The position numbers were made by a program, and so were the translations under genes. The notes under the pieces were generated by a model, which had not been told where the DNA came from, ran no database searches, and was given only the letters and a program-made list of their open reading frames with translations. From the human T2T-CHM13v2.0 reference genome, Homo sapiens: a stretch of 64,000 bases of DNA. Below, in pieces: positions 49,791 through 61,731 of this stretch (its first letter is position 1; every line of letters starts with the position of its first letter). The stretch lies in the NCBI RefSeq assembly GCF_009914755.1, contig NC_060934.1. The stretch is one strand, 5' to 3'.

Positions 49791-50922
49791 TCATTACAGA
49801 ATCACTGTGCTGTGGATTCATCACACCTGATGACCTTGGCAGGGAAAGAATGGCTAAGGTTCCAGAATGGTCCCTCTGTTTGTCAAGGCTTGGATTCTAG
49901 GCCTGGTTAAACCTCCCTTTTGCTGTGTAACCTCAGGCAAGTTGCCCAGCCCACCTTCTCCTATCTAGGCTTTGGTCATCCCATCTGTAACAACAGTAGA
50001 TTGGCCAAGGTCAGACAGGGACACTGCCCCTCCCTGTCCCTGCCACATGGGTGGGAGTTGCCTCTCCTGAAGGCCATCCCTGCCCCTCAACATGGCTGAC
50101 TCAGCCTTTGCCCAGTGGTAGGGGACAGGCTGCCTGCCGGAGGGTGCTAAGAAGTTAATTAAACCCTCCAGAAGCCATTTGTTAACAGGGGAGCGATGGT
50201 ATATTCAATACCAGCCAAAGGTTGGTGGAAAGTAATGAGTCTTTCTTTAGCTGTGAATAATGTGTTCCCTCCCCTTGGCAACCCCCCAGCTCTGAAGGAT
50301 GGTCCTGGGGAAGCCATGGCTCATCTTAATGGCCTGGGCACTGTGGGGCCTAGCAAGCCAGTCTTACCAGCAATCATCACTTCCCATCAGAGAAACTTGG
50401 CTTCTCTCTGTTTCTGTCTTACTCATGGTCTCTAACTATTCTCCAGATGATCTCTCTCTCCCTCCCTCTACATGCATTTGTTTCTTTCTCTCTCCCCCAG
50501 CCTGCAAGGAAAAGTTGCAGTCCACTGTGTCACATGCCTGCACTGCTCATATTGTATGTGGGAATCAACAGCCCTGCTGGGCAGCAGGCTTAGACACAGT
50601 TTGGAAATTGTGGGGAGGAAGGGGAGGCAAGGGCCTGGATATCACTGGCCCCAGGGGAAGGCAACTGACCAGGAGACTGCTCATGGACAGCTTGGGCCAG
50701 TCTGTGATGCCAGCTCCCTCTATGTGCCCACCCTGCAGAGGGCAACTTACCTCAGGCACTAAGACAGGTGTCTGAAGGAGGTGTCCCAGCCAGGCACCCA
50801 GGCACTCAGCACCTAGTTTGGGGCCCAGCGTGGAGTGACTATGGCTGTTCCATCTGTTTTTCTGAGCTTTATTTCTCCCCCAGCTGCTTCTATAGAAGAT
50901 AGGGCTGGTTCTGGCTCAGCTA

Positions 50923-52164
50923 CCCATGTGGGCCCTGGGGACAAAGGTCTTGACAGGGTCCTTTGGGAGGGAGACTGCCCCCAGCTCAGTGACCAACATG
51001 TCCCTCGTCTTGTGCACCCGCACCCATAAGCACCTCCTCTGGGCAGCTGCCAGAAGGGGTCTTCTGATGCCGATGCCCATCCGGGCTGCCATCCATCTCT
51101 CTGCCAATCTCTCCATGGGTACCCCTCACTCAATACCATTTTCTGGTTTTCACAGGCAGTTTCAGTCCACTCCCTCTGACTTGTACCTGGGGGAGCCTGG
51201 TCACAGCTGAAAAATAGGGAGCCCTGAGGCCTCCCCTCAACAGGTGGGCTGTGGCTTTGTCCCCCTTTGTGATAGCACAAAAAGAACCCAGGCAGGGGAG
51301 GGAAGGGGCCCATGGCCTAGCAGGTGTCTGTCACCATCCTGGCAGCCAGCATGGGGAAAGAGGTAGGAGGGGCGGGGGGGCAGTCATTCACTCGCCGAGC
51401 TAGGGACAAGGCACCTTGATTAGGCCCTCAAGATAATCGCCGCACACCTGGACTGGCACCCCAGAGGCCCCCGCCTCGCAGCCGCCCCTTTGTCTGCCTG
51501 GGGAGTCTCTGGCTCCAAAGCCTGAGGTTGCGGCTGATAGACTGGGCTAAAGCCAGGTGCTGAAACCCAAGAGCCAAGTGGTGGTGGGGAGGGTTTTGGG
51601 GAAGGAGGGCTCCTAGATCTGGGGAAATGCCCAGGTCCCTGCTTCCCTGGGTCCCACAGTGAACAGGGTGTTGGGAACAGAGGACCTAGCGGGGGAGAGG
51701 AGGGAGAATGGCTAAGATGTGTGCTGTGTGTGTGTGCAGATGTTTACACAAGGGGACACAGACAAACAGACAGTGGGATGGCTCCCCTCAGTCACCCCAG
51801 CCGTCACCTGCTGCCCTGACCACAGTTCCCACCTCTCTCCTCTGGCTAAGGGAGCAGCCTGGCCCTCCAGGTGGGTAGGACGGATGTCCCAGGGGGTGGA
51901 CAATCCTCAAGCAATGAAGAATAAGAAGGGACAGGTAAATACCAGGTATTTCTGGTAAGTGCTCACAGAAAGATTGGCAGACAGATGGATGGCAGCCTGG
52001 ATGGGCAGTGGCCTCAGATAGACCCCTCCTGGCAGCTGCCCAGAGGAGGTGCTCATGGGCACAGATGCACAGGACGAGGGCAGTGCTGGCCACTGAGCTG
52101 GGTGCAGCATCTCCCTCCCAAAGGACCTTGTAAACATCTCCTTTGTCCCCAGAGCCCACATGGG
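50923..52164. repeat. ~200-bp inverted repeat pair (arms 50923-51122 and 51959-52164)
   Basis: Reverse complement of the right arm aligns to the left arm with ~27 substitutions and 3 small indels; homologous ORF translations on opposite strands (50926-51210 + and 51907-52161 -). Confidence 0.95.
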
Positions 52165-53884
52165 AAGGTAAATACTAGGATCCTGTATACAGGGGAGTGG
52201 TTTTAAGGTGTGTCCTATTCAGTCGTCCAGAATATTCCAAATAGGATTGCACTCTGGTTGCCCCCAGCTGGAACGCATTGGTGAACACACCCTTATTGCC
52301 TTTCCCTCCATGCCTGATGTCTCACTTCCCCAACAAGTCTCCTGGGATCCCCTCTCAAACCACTTGCACCCAAATTTCTTGTCCCAGGCTGTTTATACAG
52401 ATACTCAAATTAAGACAGGGTGGCATCGGGGGCTGGGTCGGGTCTGCTAGTGTGCCCTACATGGGGGTGTGGGGGGGAAGGGCTGAGAAACAGCCTCTCA
52501 GAAGCTGCACAGGTTTCCTAAGCAAAGAGGGGCCCCCCCTGTACCAGCTCCCCTCCCAGCAGCAGGGTGTGCAGGATGAGCCCCACATCCTCCTGGGCAC
52601 ATGCTTGGAGCCCGTATTAGAGCATACCTACACTGATCTAGGGACTGGTCATGGGGGTCATGGGACACATGTGAGTGTGACAGCTGTGGGTAGGCAGGCG
52701 TGTCTGTACATATGTAAATGTGGGAGGATACGCATGACCGTGTGTGTGTGTGTGTGTGTCTGTGTGTGTGTGTGTATATACGTGTGTTTCCATGTAAACT
52801 CGAGGGGCTTCTGGCTTGGAGAGTTTGGCCAACTGGCCCTGCCCCACAGGCTGCCTGCAGACCCCCGAGCTGGCCAGCATAGGGGAGGGCAAGTGGAGGC
52901 TGGAGCTGAGCCATGCTCAGGGCAGAGGGCAGGACCGCTCTGGCCTCCTGGGGACCGAGCGGGGCCCTAGGAGTGGGAACATGAATATGGGGTGTTGCAG
53001 AGTGCTCTACACCATCACATGGCTCCCTGCACTGCCCCAGGCGGGGCTCAGCATGGGGCAGGCTGAGCCGGGGTATATTTAACATCCCGTTAATTGGGAA
53101 TGGCATGTATCACGCGGCCCCAGGCCTAGGAGCTGCAGAACCAGGTTGCTAGGAGAAGTGTAATTTCCGTCCTTGCCCGCTCCCTTTCATGTCCCCCCGC
53201 CCCTTGTCTGTGTCACTCAGCTGCACCGAAAGCCCTGATTTCTCTCTAAAAATGAAACAGTGAGCTTGGCTGTGTGTTGGTGCTGGTGGGGCTGGAGGGG
53301 CATGTTTTCTGCCCATGACAAGGGCTAAGAAGTGGCCAGCTTTTTCCACAGTGAGTGCTCATCCCCAGGGGCCAGGCTCAGGAGAAACCCCAGTCTCCTT
53401 GGGGTTGACTCCCTTATCCTGGGGAGCACCAGGTTTAAAATGCAACTATCCACTCATGTAAGGGCCTTGGGGGTCAGCTAGGCCCAGCCCTTGTGACTCA
53501 CATGGGGAAGGAGAGTCTCAGAGAGGGAAAACCACTTCCCCAGGGTCACACAGGAAAGCAGGCAAGAGCCAGGATTAGAACTGGAGTTCCTGGATCCTGG
53601 ATTTGCTCAGTACTGCCTGCTCTGCAGGGGGAATCTCACCCTTCTCTGGCTCACTCAGATTTTCCCACACTGACGGAGAGCTACACGGAGGGGCAAGCTC
53701 CTTGCTGTAAGTGGGCCCAGGGGTCCAACGTAGCTCGAAGGAGTGGTTGCAACCCATCATCCCAGCTGATCCTGCAAACCTTGTCAGAACCAGCAGCCCC
53801 CAGTCTTGGTAGGAGGATGATGCTTTTCAAACAGGCTCAAGTCAGGCCAGCCCTCCCTGGCTCCCTCGCTGCTGCCTGCCCTCC

Positions 53885-54323
53885 TATACTGGGTCCAATA
53901 CTGTCCCCTTAAAATTCATATCTCCCCTGGAACATGTGAATGTTAACTCGTCTTTGCAGATATAACAGGGTCTTTGCAGATATAATCCAGTTAAGATGAG
54001 CTGTGTCATAATCCAGTGACTAATGTCCTTGTAGGAAAGGGGAAATTTGGACAGAGCTGAGCTACACAGGGGGACTGCCATGTGATGATGGGGGTGGGAT
54101 TAAGTGATTCATCTGCAAGCCAAGGAACCCTCGGGATGTTGGCCACGACCAGAGGCTGGAGGAGGCAAGGAAGGAGCATCCTTGGAGACTTTGGAGAGAG
54201 CATGACCTTCCTGACACCTTGGTTTTGGACTTCTGGCCTCCAGAACTGTGAGGAATAAGCTCTTGTTGTTTTAAGCCGCTAGTTGGTAATAGTTTGTTGT
54301 GGCAGTCCTAGGAAAGTAATATG
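53885..54323 (+). mobile_element. MLT1C-like MaLR solo LTR
   Basis: agggtctttgcagatataat...caagccaagga...ctgacaccttggttttggacttctggcctccagaactgtgag; TSD CCTCC / CCTCT; local duplication of gtctttgcagatataa. Confidence 0.85.
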
Positions 54324-57300
54324 CCTCTTCTCCACACAGCTGGGATCATGTGCCTACCTCTCCCCATCGTGGTCATTCCTGCCCTCAAGTGGGATGGGTG
54401 CAAGCTGCCGACCCCCCACTTTAGAACTTGACCCCAAGTCCCTTGTCTGCTATTTCTGTCACCTCGACCTCCACTTCTGATCACTTCCAGTGTCACCAAC
54501 TGATCCTCTCACCTCGGGGCCCAGAACTGCTGGGGATCCCCCACAACCCCAGACAGCTCCCTGTATGTCCCCAGCTGCTCCCTGGCCAGCTCCTCTTTCC
54601 CTGTCCCCTCCTTGTCTGGCTGAGTCATTCCCATGCTCCAAAACTCCACATCTTCTCCAGTGGGTGCCCTGCCCCATGGGCCTCACCTGGCCTGGCAGGC
54701 TGGGCTGAGAATCCCTCGAATGGATGTGGATGTCCCCAGAGCCCTGAGTAGCACTTGTGCCTAGCTTGTTTCGTGCAGCACTGTCACCGCCATTTATTTG
54801 GGAATCTCTGCCCCTGGATGGAACTCTCCATGGGCAGAGACCATGCTGTGCTCTCCAGGAAAGCTTGTCACATAGGGATAATCCATCCCAGCCCCTCTCT
54901 TTAGGGATGGGATAATTGAGGCCCAGAAAGTAGAAGAAACTTGCCTAAAGTTATACATCCAAGCAGGACCAAGGCTGAGGTTCTTCCTGCTGTCAAAACA
55001 GCATCTGGGAGTGTTCTTTTGGTGCCCCAAGAGAGGCAGCAACCACTTCTTGGGCACCTCAGAACTTTCTGACTCTCAGGCCTTAAGGGGCCCATGGGGT
55101 TGGGCAGGTAGAGTCCTGAGGGCTGGGGTGGGAGGTCTTGCTCCTGCTGGAGGAGCCATGGTGCACCGGTCAGACTGGGCAGAGGTTACCATACCCCGGG
55201 CAGGACAAGAGCTCATGGGAGGAGAATCCCCTCTGGGACATAGACACTCTGGGTTCTGGGATGCTCCCTGAGATCAGCCTGTACAGCTTTGAACTGCCTC
55301 TGCCATTGCCTCAGTTTCCCCATCTCACCCAGACCTCGGGCACTTTAAAGATGCAAAAAAGATCCAATAGGTTCAGATTTCAGCTCTGCTACATGTCAGC
55401 TTGGACACATCATTCGGTCTCTCGGAGCCTCCCTCTCCCCAGCTATGAATAATGGGGGCTAAATGAGAGGCACTGGAGAGCCAGAAACAGCATGCAGCCT
55501 CATTCACAGTGCTGCCCTTTCTTGTATGTCCTGGTCCCCCAAAGTCTGCCTGCTGCCATCATGCCTTGTGCCCTCCCCTTCTCCCCTGGGGCAGGGTGGA
55601 GGGGGCTGAGACCACGGGTGAATTGGACCCCTCTTGGGCCAATCTGGGCCAGGCATATATCAAATGGAACCATATTTCCATCCTTGCAACAAGCCTGTCA
55701 GGCAGAGAGCATAACCCATTTTACAGAGGAGGAAACTGAGGCCCAGAGTTTCACTTACTTGGCTGATGAAGAGGAATGGTGCAGCCAGGCAGGACTGGCG
55801 TGAAGGTGGCCATGAGGAGTTAACTCTGCCTTATTCTATGTCTTCTGCCACCTGCCAAGTTTTTCTCAGGCTTTGGTGACATCAGCGCCCTGGGTACATG
55901 TGCTGGGCAGGGGATCACAGCTGCGTGGTCTGGGACCCTGGTGCAGGGAACCACACAGTACCTCCAAAGCATCTCACCCTTCACTGGCATTTCAGAACAG
56001 CCAGAGACCCCAAGTTTCAATCCTAAGGAATGAGCCATTCACCCCAGCACACACAGTGCTGGAGGAACATGCCACCCTCCACTTCCAGAAGCCCATAAAT
56101 TGTACCTGTCCCCCATGTGGGGAGGATAAGGTGTCTGGGGAGATGAAGGGCCTGTCCCACTGTCCATCTAGATGGCTGGGCCAGGCCAGGCAATTTTGCT
56201 GATGTCACCTCTCTGGAGATATTAAATATTGATAATACAATAAATTTTCCATGGACCTTCTATGACTCATGTCTTGGTGTGTGCCGAAAGGAAGACAAGT
56301 AGGCCGGGGTGGCTCCATTTAGGCTGATGGGCATCCATTTCCCTGGCACTCTGGGAATCACAGCCTTCTTGTGCCAAAGGGGCTTAGGGAGGTCATCTTG
56401 TCCAGCCCCCTGCTGCAGGCCCTAGCCTGCCTGAGATGAGCATTCTCCATGGCAGGGGAAATCATCTGGTTTGCTCATCACAATTATCAATCACCCTTTC
56501 TCTTAGGAAGCTCTTCTTCAAATCCGACTGTGGTTCACATTAAGCAGGAGTCTGCCAGGCAGGCCCCGTATCTTGACAACCACATGACCAAAGAACCTCA
56601 TTCCTAGGGAGTAGAACACCTGGCTGGGCTCAGAGGTCTCACTTTGACCCATTTCCAATTGTGTGACCTTGTAAGTTACAATGTCGCTGAACTTCAATGC
56701 CCTCATCTATAAAACGGGACGGTAATCTTTCCAGACCACTTCGTACGACTGTTGGGAGCAGGGCTTCAGTTTCCCACAGGCACAGCTTGGTGAGTGCAGG
56801 GGGGACTACAGGGCTAGTTGTCCTCCGCAGTAAATAACTTGATCAAATGAGACAATAAATGTTGAAGGGCTTTGCAAATGTAAATTGCTTTGTAAACACA
56901 GTGTTGTGTAAATGTTAGGGAAAATTATATGCTTTGAAAATTCGGAGCAGCGAACTTCCTTAGAAGCGGGGAAGGTTCTTAAATTTTCTTGTATCCCCAG
57001 TCCTGGAGGCCTGTGTATGAGTTTGTCGGGAGGGGCAGGGGAGCCCCCCAGAGCTGGACTGGCTGTGTTCCTCCCCTCCCACTCCTCCTCCTTCGGGCTT
57101 CAAGCCAGGGTCAGGCTCCGGCTCCTGATTACAAAGGCCCAGGAGTGGGGAGCTTATCAGTTACGTGGAATCAATAGGCATTTTCTTTATATTTTCCAAT
57201 TAAAAGAGCCAACAGAGAAAAGAGAAAAACTCAAGTGCCCAGCAGCTGTCAATAGCTGTTGAGCAAGGGGAAGTGCAGGGTCAGTGGGCCAGGCCATTTG

Positions 57301-58254
57301 TCAATGCCAAGCTCTGCTCGCCTGGCCTGCTCTCACAGCGTTGGATGTACCCAGAAGAGGAACTGGGAGGCAGTGCATCTTCCTGTGGCTTCTCAGACTT
57401 TTGGCCTTGGCAACTCTGTCTCCTGGGCCTTCATTTGTCAGGAAATGTGCAGAATTGAACTGAGGCTGTAGTGAGGCACTCCTGCGGTCAGTGACAGGCT
57501 GTCGGTACGGCCATCCACTGCTAGGATCACACGGCTTCAGAGAGACCTGCAGGTGGGGCTGGGGACCCTGCAGTGTCTCTCTGAACCTTTTCATTTTGGG
57601 GAAAATGCTCACCCATCCTTCTCAGAACCAGTGAGAAAACACAAGAGAGAATGGGCTGAGGCAGCAAGCAGGATGTGGGGCAGATATGAACAGGCATCTG
57701 GACACAGAGATGGGTCATCAGAAGCCCGACCTGCCTACTCACATGAGACTTCTGCTCCCCGAGGTACCCAGGCTGCAGAGCTCTCTTCGGCCCTGGGGTC
57801 TGTGAGTGGCAGGGAGACGGCCCCTTCTTGAGGTGACTGGTGTGGCTGCCCCTCCCAGATCCTGTCACCAGGCCCATGACTCTCCCCAGCTGCTGGGAGC
57901 TTTAGCTCATGCCTCCCCTAACCCTCTGTACTGGGCAGAAGGAAGCCAGCTCATCTGGAAATGCTCTGGAGTTTATGCCTCCACAGGGTAGCCCTCATGT
58001 GATGACTGACTGAGATGGGGTACAAAAGGCTGGTGCCCTGGCCTAAAGGGGGCTCCCGATGCTCTGGAAGCCCCCATGGGGTAAATCTGTGGCTAGGCCT
58101 CAGCTGCACCCTCATCTTTGCCTAGTTTTTCTTCTTGCCCTAATCTTCTCCCTTCATCCCATTATGGGGCTCACCTGAGGGCAGCCCCTCCTCGTTATGT
58201 GCACAAAACCCTAACTCAGGCTCTGCTTGCCCCTGGGAGAACTGGACGCATTCA

Positions 58255-58790
58255 ATTCATTCATTTGGCAGGTATTTATTGTACATTTATCACATGCCAG
58301 GCACTGGGCTAGACCCTGGAGGTGCACAGTGATAATGACTGCCAGCGGGGGAGAAAGGTGACAAGCAGGTAAACAAATAGGTAAATGGGTTAGACACGAG
58401 AGCTGAGGACAGGAGAAGGCATTGGGGTGGGGAATGGGTGCGGGGGGAACTACTTGGGATTAGGTGGGCAGGGAAGGTCTCTCTAAGGAAGTGGCCTGTG
58501 AGTTAGGACTTGGTGACTAGGAGGAACCAGGCACGTGAAGACCATGGGGAAGGGTGCAGTTAGACAGCTGGCACGTGCAAACACCCCAAGGCTGGACTAA
58601 GCCTGTGAACTTTGAGGCCCTGAAAGGCCAGTGTGCATGGAACTTAGCGGGCAGGGCATGAGGGCAGAGAGGGTGTGACCTGGCCAGCCATGGCAAAGGC
58701 TCCATTCCAAGGGCAATAGGGACCTTGGAAAGGAGGTCAGGCAATGGAATGATAGGATCTGACCCCTAGTTTTAAAAGGTCACCCTGGTG
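58255..58790 (-). mobile_element. L2 fragment (continues after ~59680)
   Basis: attcaattcattcatt...tatttattg...tgccaggcactgggctag...cagggaaggtctctctaaggaagtg. Confidence 0.6.
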
Positions 58791-58849
58791 GTCCTGCCTA
58801 GATGGGCAAGGTACAGGGTGGGGACCACGGGAGTTGAAACTGATGCCTC

Positions 58850-59677
58850 TGGTGCCCTATGCCACAGCCCATTTGTGATTTTACCTGCAGCTGATGAGTC
58901 AAGGACAAACATCCTCAAATGCTTGCTTCTCCTCTCTGCTTTTCTTCTATGGGGCTTTTGGGGGAGCTCCAAGGGCTTACTCGACCTGCATAAGACACCC
59001 TGGGAGTATTAGGAGGACAGGGAGTCAAGGCCTCTGGGGACAACCATCCATCAGTGGGGATCGAGAGTCAATAAACAAAAGCCCCAGCCTCTGTCCTTTG
59101 GAGGGACAGTTCTGAGAAGTGGGCCACACAGTTTCTGTAGGAATGAGCTACACTTGCCCTCAGCAGCATCAGTGATTCAGAAACACACACCGGGATGGTG
59201 CTATGAGCTGAATGTGTTGCACCAAAATGCATATGTTGAAATCCCAGCCCCTAAGGTGATATTGTTAGGAGGTGAGGCTTTGGGGAAGTGATGAGGTCGG
59301 GGGCAGAGCCTTCAAGAAGGGGACCAGTGTCCTTATGAAAGAGGCCCCAGAGAGCCACCTTGCCCCTCTTGCAGTGGAAGAATGCTGTCAGAAGCCTCTG
59401 TCTATGAGGAACAGGCCCTCACTAGACACTGAATCTTCTGGTGCCTTGATCATGGACCCCCCCATCTCCAGAACCGTGAGAAATACATTTCTGTTGTTTA
59501 TAAGTCACCCGGTCCATGGTATTTTGTTATATAGCAGCCCACACAGACTAAGGTAGCCTTTCCTTTCTCCTGTCTTGCTTGTGCTCATCTGTGTTTTCTG
59601 TGATTGCCTCCCAAATAAACAACCTGCATTCAAATATTTGTTTCACACTCTGCTCTTGAGGGAACCTAAAGTAAGAC
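58850..59677 (+). mobile_element. LTR16/LTR33-like old ERVL LTR interrupted by MLT1A
   Basis: 3' end ctcccaaataaacaacctgca...ctctgctcttgagggaacctaaagtaagaca; 5' boundary uncertain. Confidence 0.5.
59199..59555 (+). mobile_element. MLT1A0-like MaLR LTR
   Basis: tgctatgagctgaatgtg...atatgttgaaatcc...ccagaaccgtgagaaatacatttctgttgtttataagtcacc...gactaag. Confidence 0.85.
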
Positions 59678-59884
59678 AGACAAAGGAGAGATGATGGTGG
59701 CTTGGAGGAGGTGATGGCTGTGGAGGGCAGAGAATCCAGAGATGGACCCAGGATATACTATGCCATCCAGGCAATAGGACAAGCCAGTGGATTTGCTATA
59801 GAGGATGAGGAAAGGGGAGGAATCAAGGATGACTCTGAGGACTTTGGCTTGAAGGTTGAAGGTTTACTAAAATTAAGAAGACTG

Positions 59885-60196
59885 GGCCAGGCTTGCTGGC
59901 TCACGCCTGTAATCCCAGAACTTTGGGAGGCCAAGGCAGGCAGATCACCTGAGGTCAGGAGTTTGAGACCAGCCTGGCCAACATGGTGAAAACCCGTCTC
60001 TACTGAAATACAAAAAATTAGCCGGGCGTGGTGGTGGGTGCCTGTAATCCCAGCTACTCGGGAGGCTGAGGCAGGAGAATCACTTGAACCCAGCGGGGGC
60101 GGAGGTTGCAGTGAGCCAAGATCATGCCATTACATTCCAGCCTGGGCAACAAGAGTGAAACCCCATCTCAAAAAAAAAAAAAAAAAAAAAAAAAAA
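59885..60196 (+). mobile_element. AluSq/Sx-like SINE
   Basis: Full dimer, gatcacctgaggtcaggagtt, ggcaacaagagtgaaa, A27 tail. Confidence 0.93.
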
Positions 60197-60602
60197 GACA
60201 ACTGGCAGAAGAACAGGTGTACAGTAGGGAAACTCAAGAGGTTGGTCTGGGCGGTATTAAATTTGCAATGTCTGTGAGATCTCTCAGTGGAGATTCCCAA
60301 GAGGCAGCCAGAGATACGAGTCTAGAGCTTGGAGCAGAGGTTAAGGCTACAGACAATCAATCTGAGTCCAGTCATCAGCTTAGAAATGGTATTTTAAGCC
60401 ATGGGCCTAGGTGAGAGCACCCAGGAGAGTGAATCGATGGAGAACAAATGCAGGTTAAACAAAAGGAAGGGAGCCCCTTCATCTGAGCCTGGAGACTTAG
60501 CCCAGCTTCGTGGATCTGCCCAGGTTTCCTAAACTCCCTGGGTGCCCACAGTTTCATAATCTTATGGGATCCTTGGAGCAGTCCTGAGGGGCGGGAGACA
60601 GG

Positions 60603-60733
60603 CAGGGCTGCCGTGTATAGTCACACATGTTAGACACTGCCCAACTCCAGGTGGTACAATTTACACAGGGCACAATGTCACAGGTACCCCCTAGAGTTGT
60701 TCAGTTTACAGTCTTCACAGCCATACACACTTT
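60603..60733. mobile_element. MER91B-like palindromic hAT relic
   Basis: cagggctgccgtgtatagt...caactccaggtgg...ccctagagttg, a degenerate palindrome. Confidence 0.6.
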
Positions 60734-61624
60734 GCAAGGCCAGAGAGAATATGGACAAGGCTGTACATGAGCCACAGAGAGGAACCTCTGAGAATTCAGC
60801 AGAGGTGGAGATTGCAGCACTTGGGGCAGTCAGAGAAGTCTCCCTGGAGGCGGTGACATTTGCCCTGGAGCTCAAAGGAGGGGGAGTATTTACACCATTT
60901 GAATTTGGGAGTGAGATGCTCCAGCAGAGGCAGTTGCAACGAACAAAGTCTGTAGGCAGAAATTGCCCGGCATGTTTGGGAATTTGCTTTCCAGGGATTG
61001 CCAAGGAAAGTCATAAGGATTATGCAAAGACTGTTCTGGGTGGAGGCCCTTGAATGACATGCCGGGGGATGCACAAAGTTATCAGACTCGCTGAAGGTCA
61101 CACAGTGAGGGAGACTCAGAGCCAGGGCTTGGACACTGGGTCAGTGGGTGTGCTTGCCTGTGCTGTCAGGATGCAGGCTTCCTAGTGACCTCTCACCTTC
61201 CCGGTTCCTGTCACTCCCTTTGGCTCCAAAACCTCATGAAGGGGTAGCAGCTGCCTTCTCCAGCCCCCATCTAGTCCCCAGAGGCAAAGAGGCCTGTTCC
61301 GCCTTTATTTCCCAGGGCAGCATCTAAAGAGCCAGCAGATTTGCAGGGAGGGGGCAGAGGTTCCCCCGGAACACGGAGAAAAGTGGGCAAGAAGTAAGTT
61401 TGTGGGCAGGGAGTTGGGCTTCCAGCATGGGAGGGGAGAGATGGGAGAGGAACTGGACACCGGTTGCAGAGGTGGAAATAAGGCAACGGGCACTCTTGTT
61501 TGTCTAGGAACCCAGGAAAGAGAGGCAGCCAAGGGCAGGGCCTCCTGGGAATGGGCCTTGCCAAGCTCTCGCCTGACTTTGAGAGTGCCATGTTAGCCAG
61601 TCCCATGCTGAGATTCATGATCCT

Positions 61625-61731
61625 ACACACACACTCTCACACTCCCACACACATACTCTTATACACACACACATACATACACACTCTCATGAATGTACGC
61701 ACACACGCATGCACACACACACACACACACA
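61625..61731. repeat. Degenerate (CA)n tract
   Basis: Directly visible. Confidence 0.9.
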
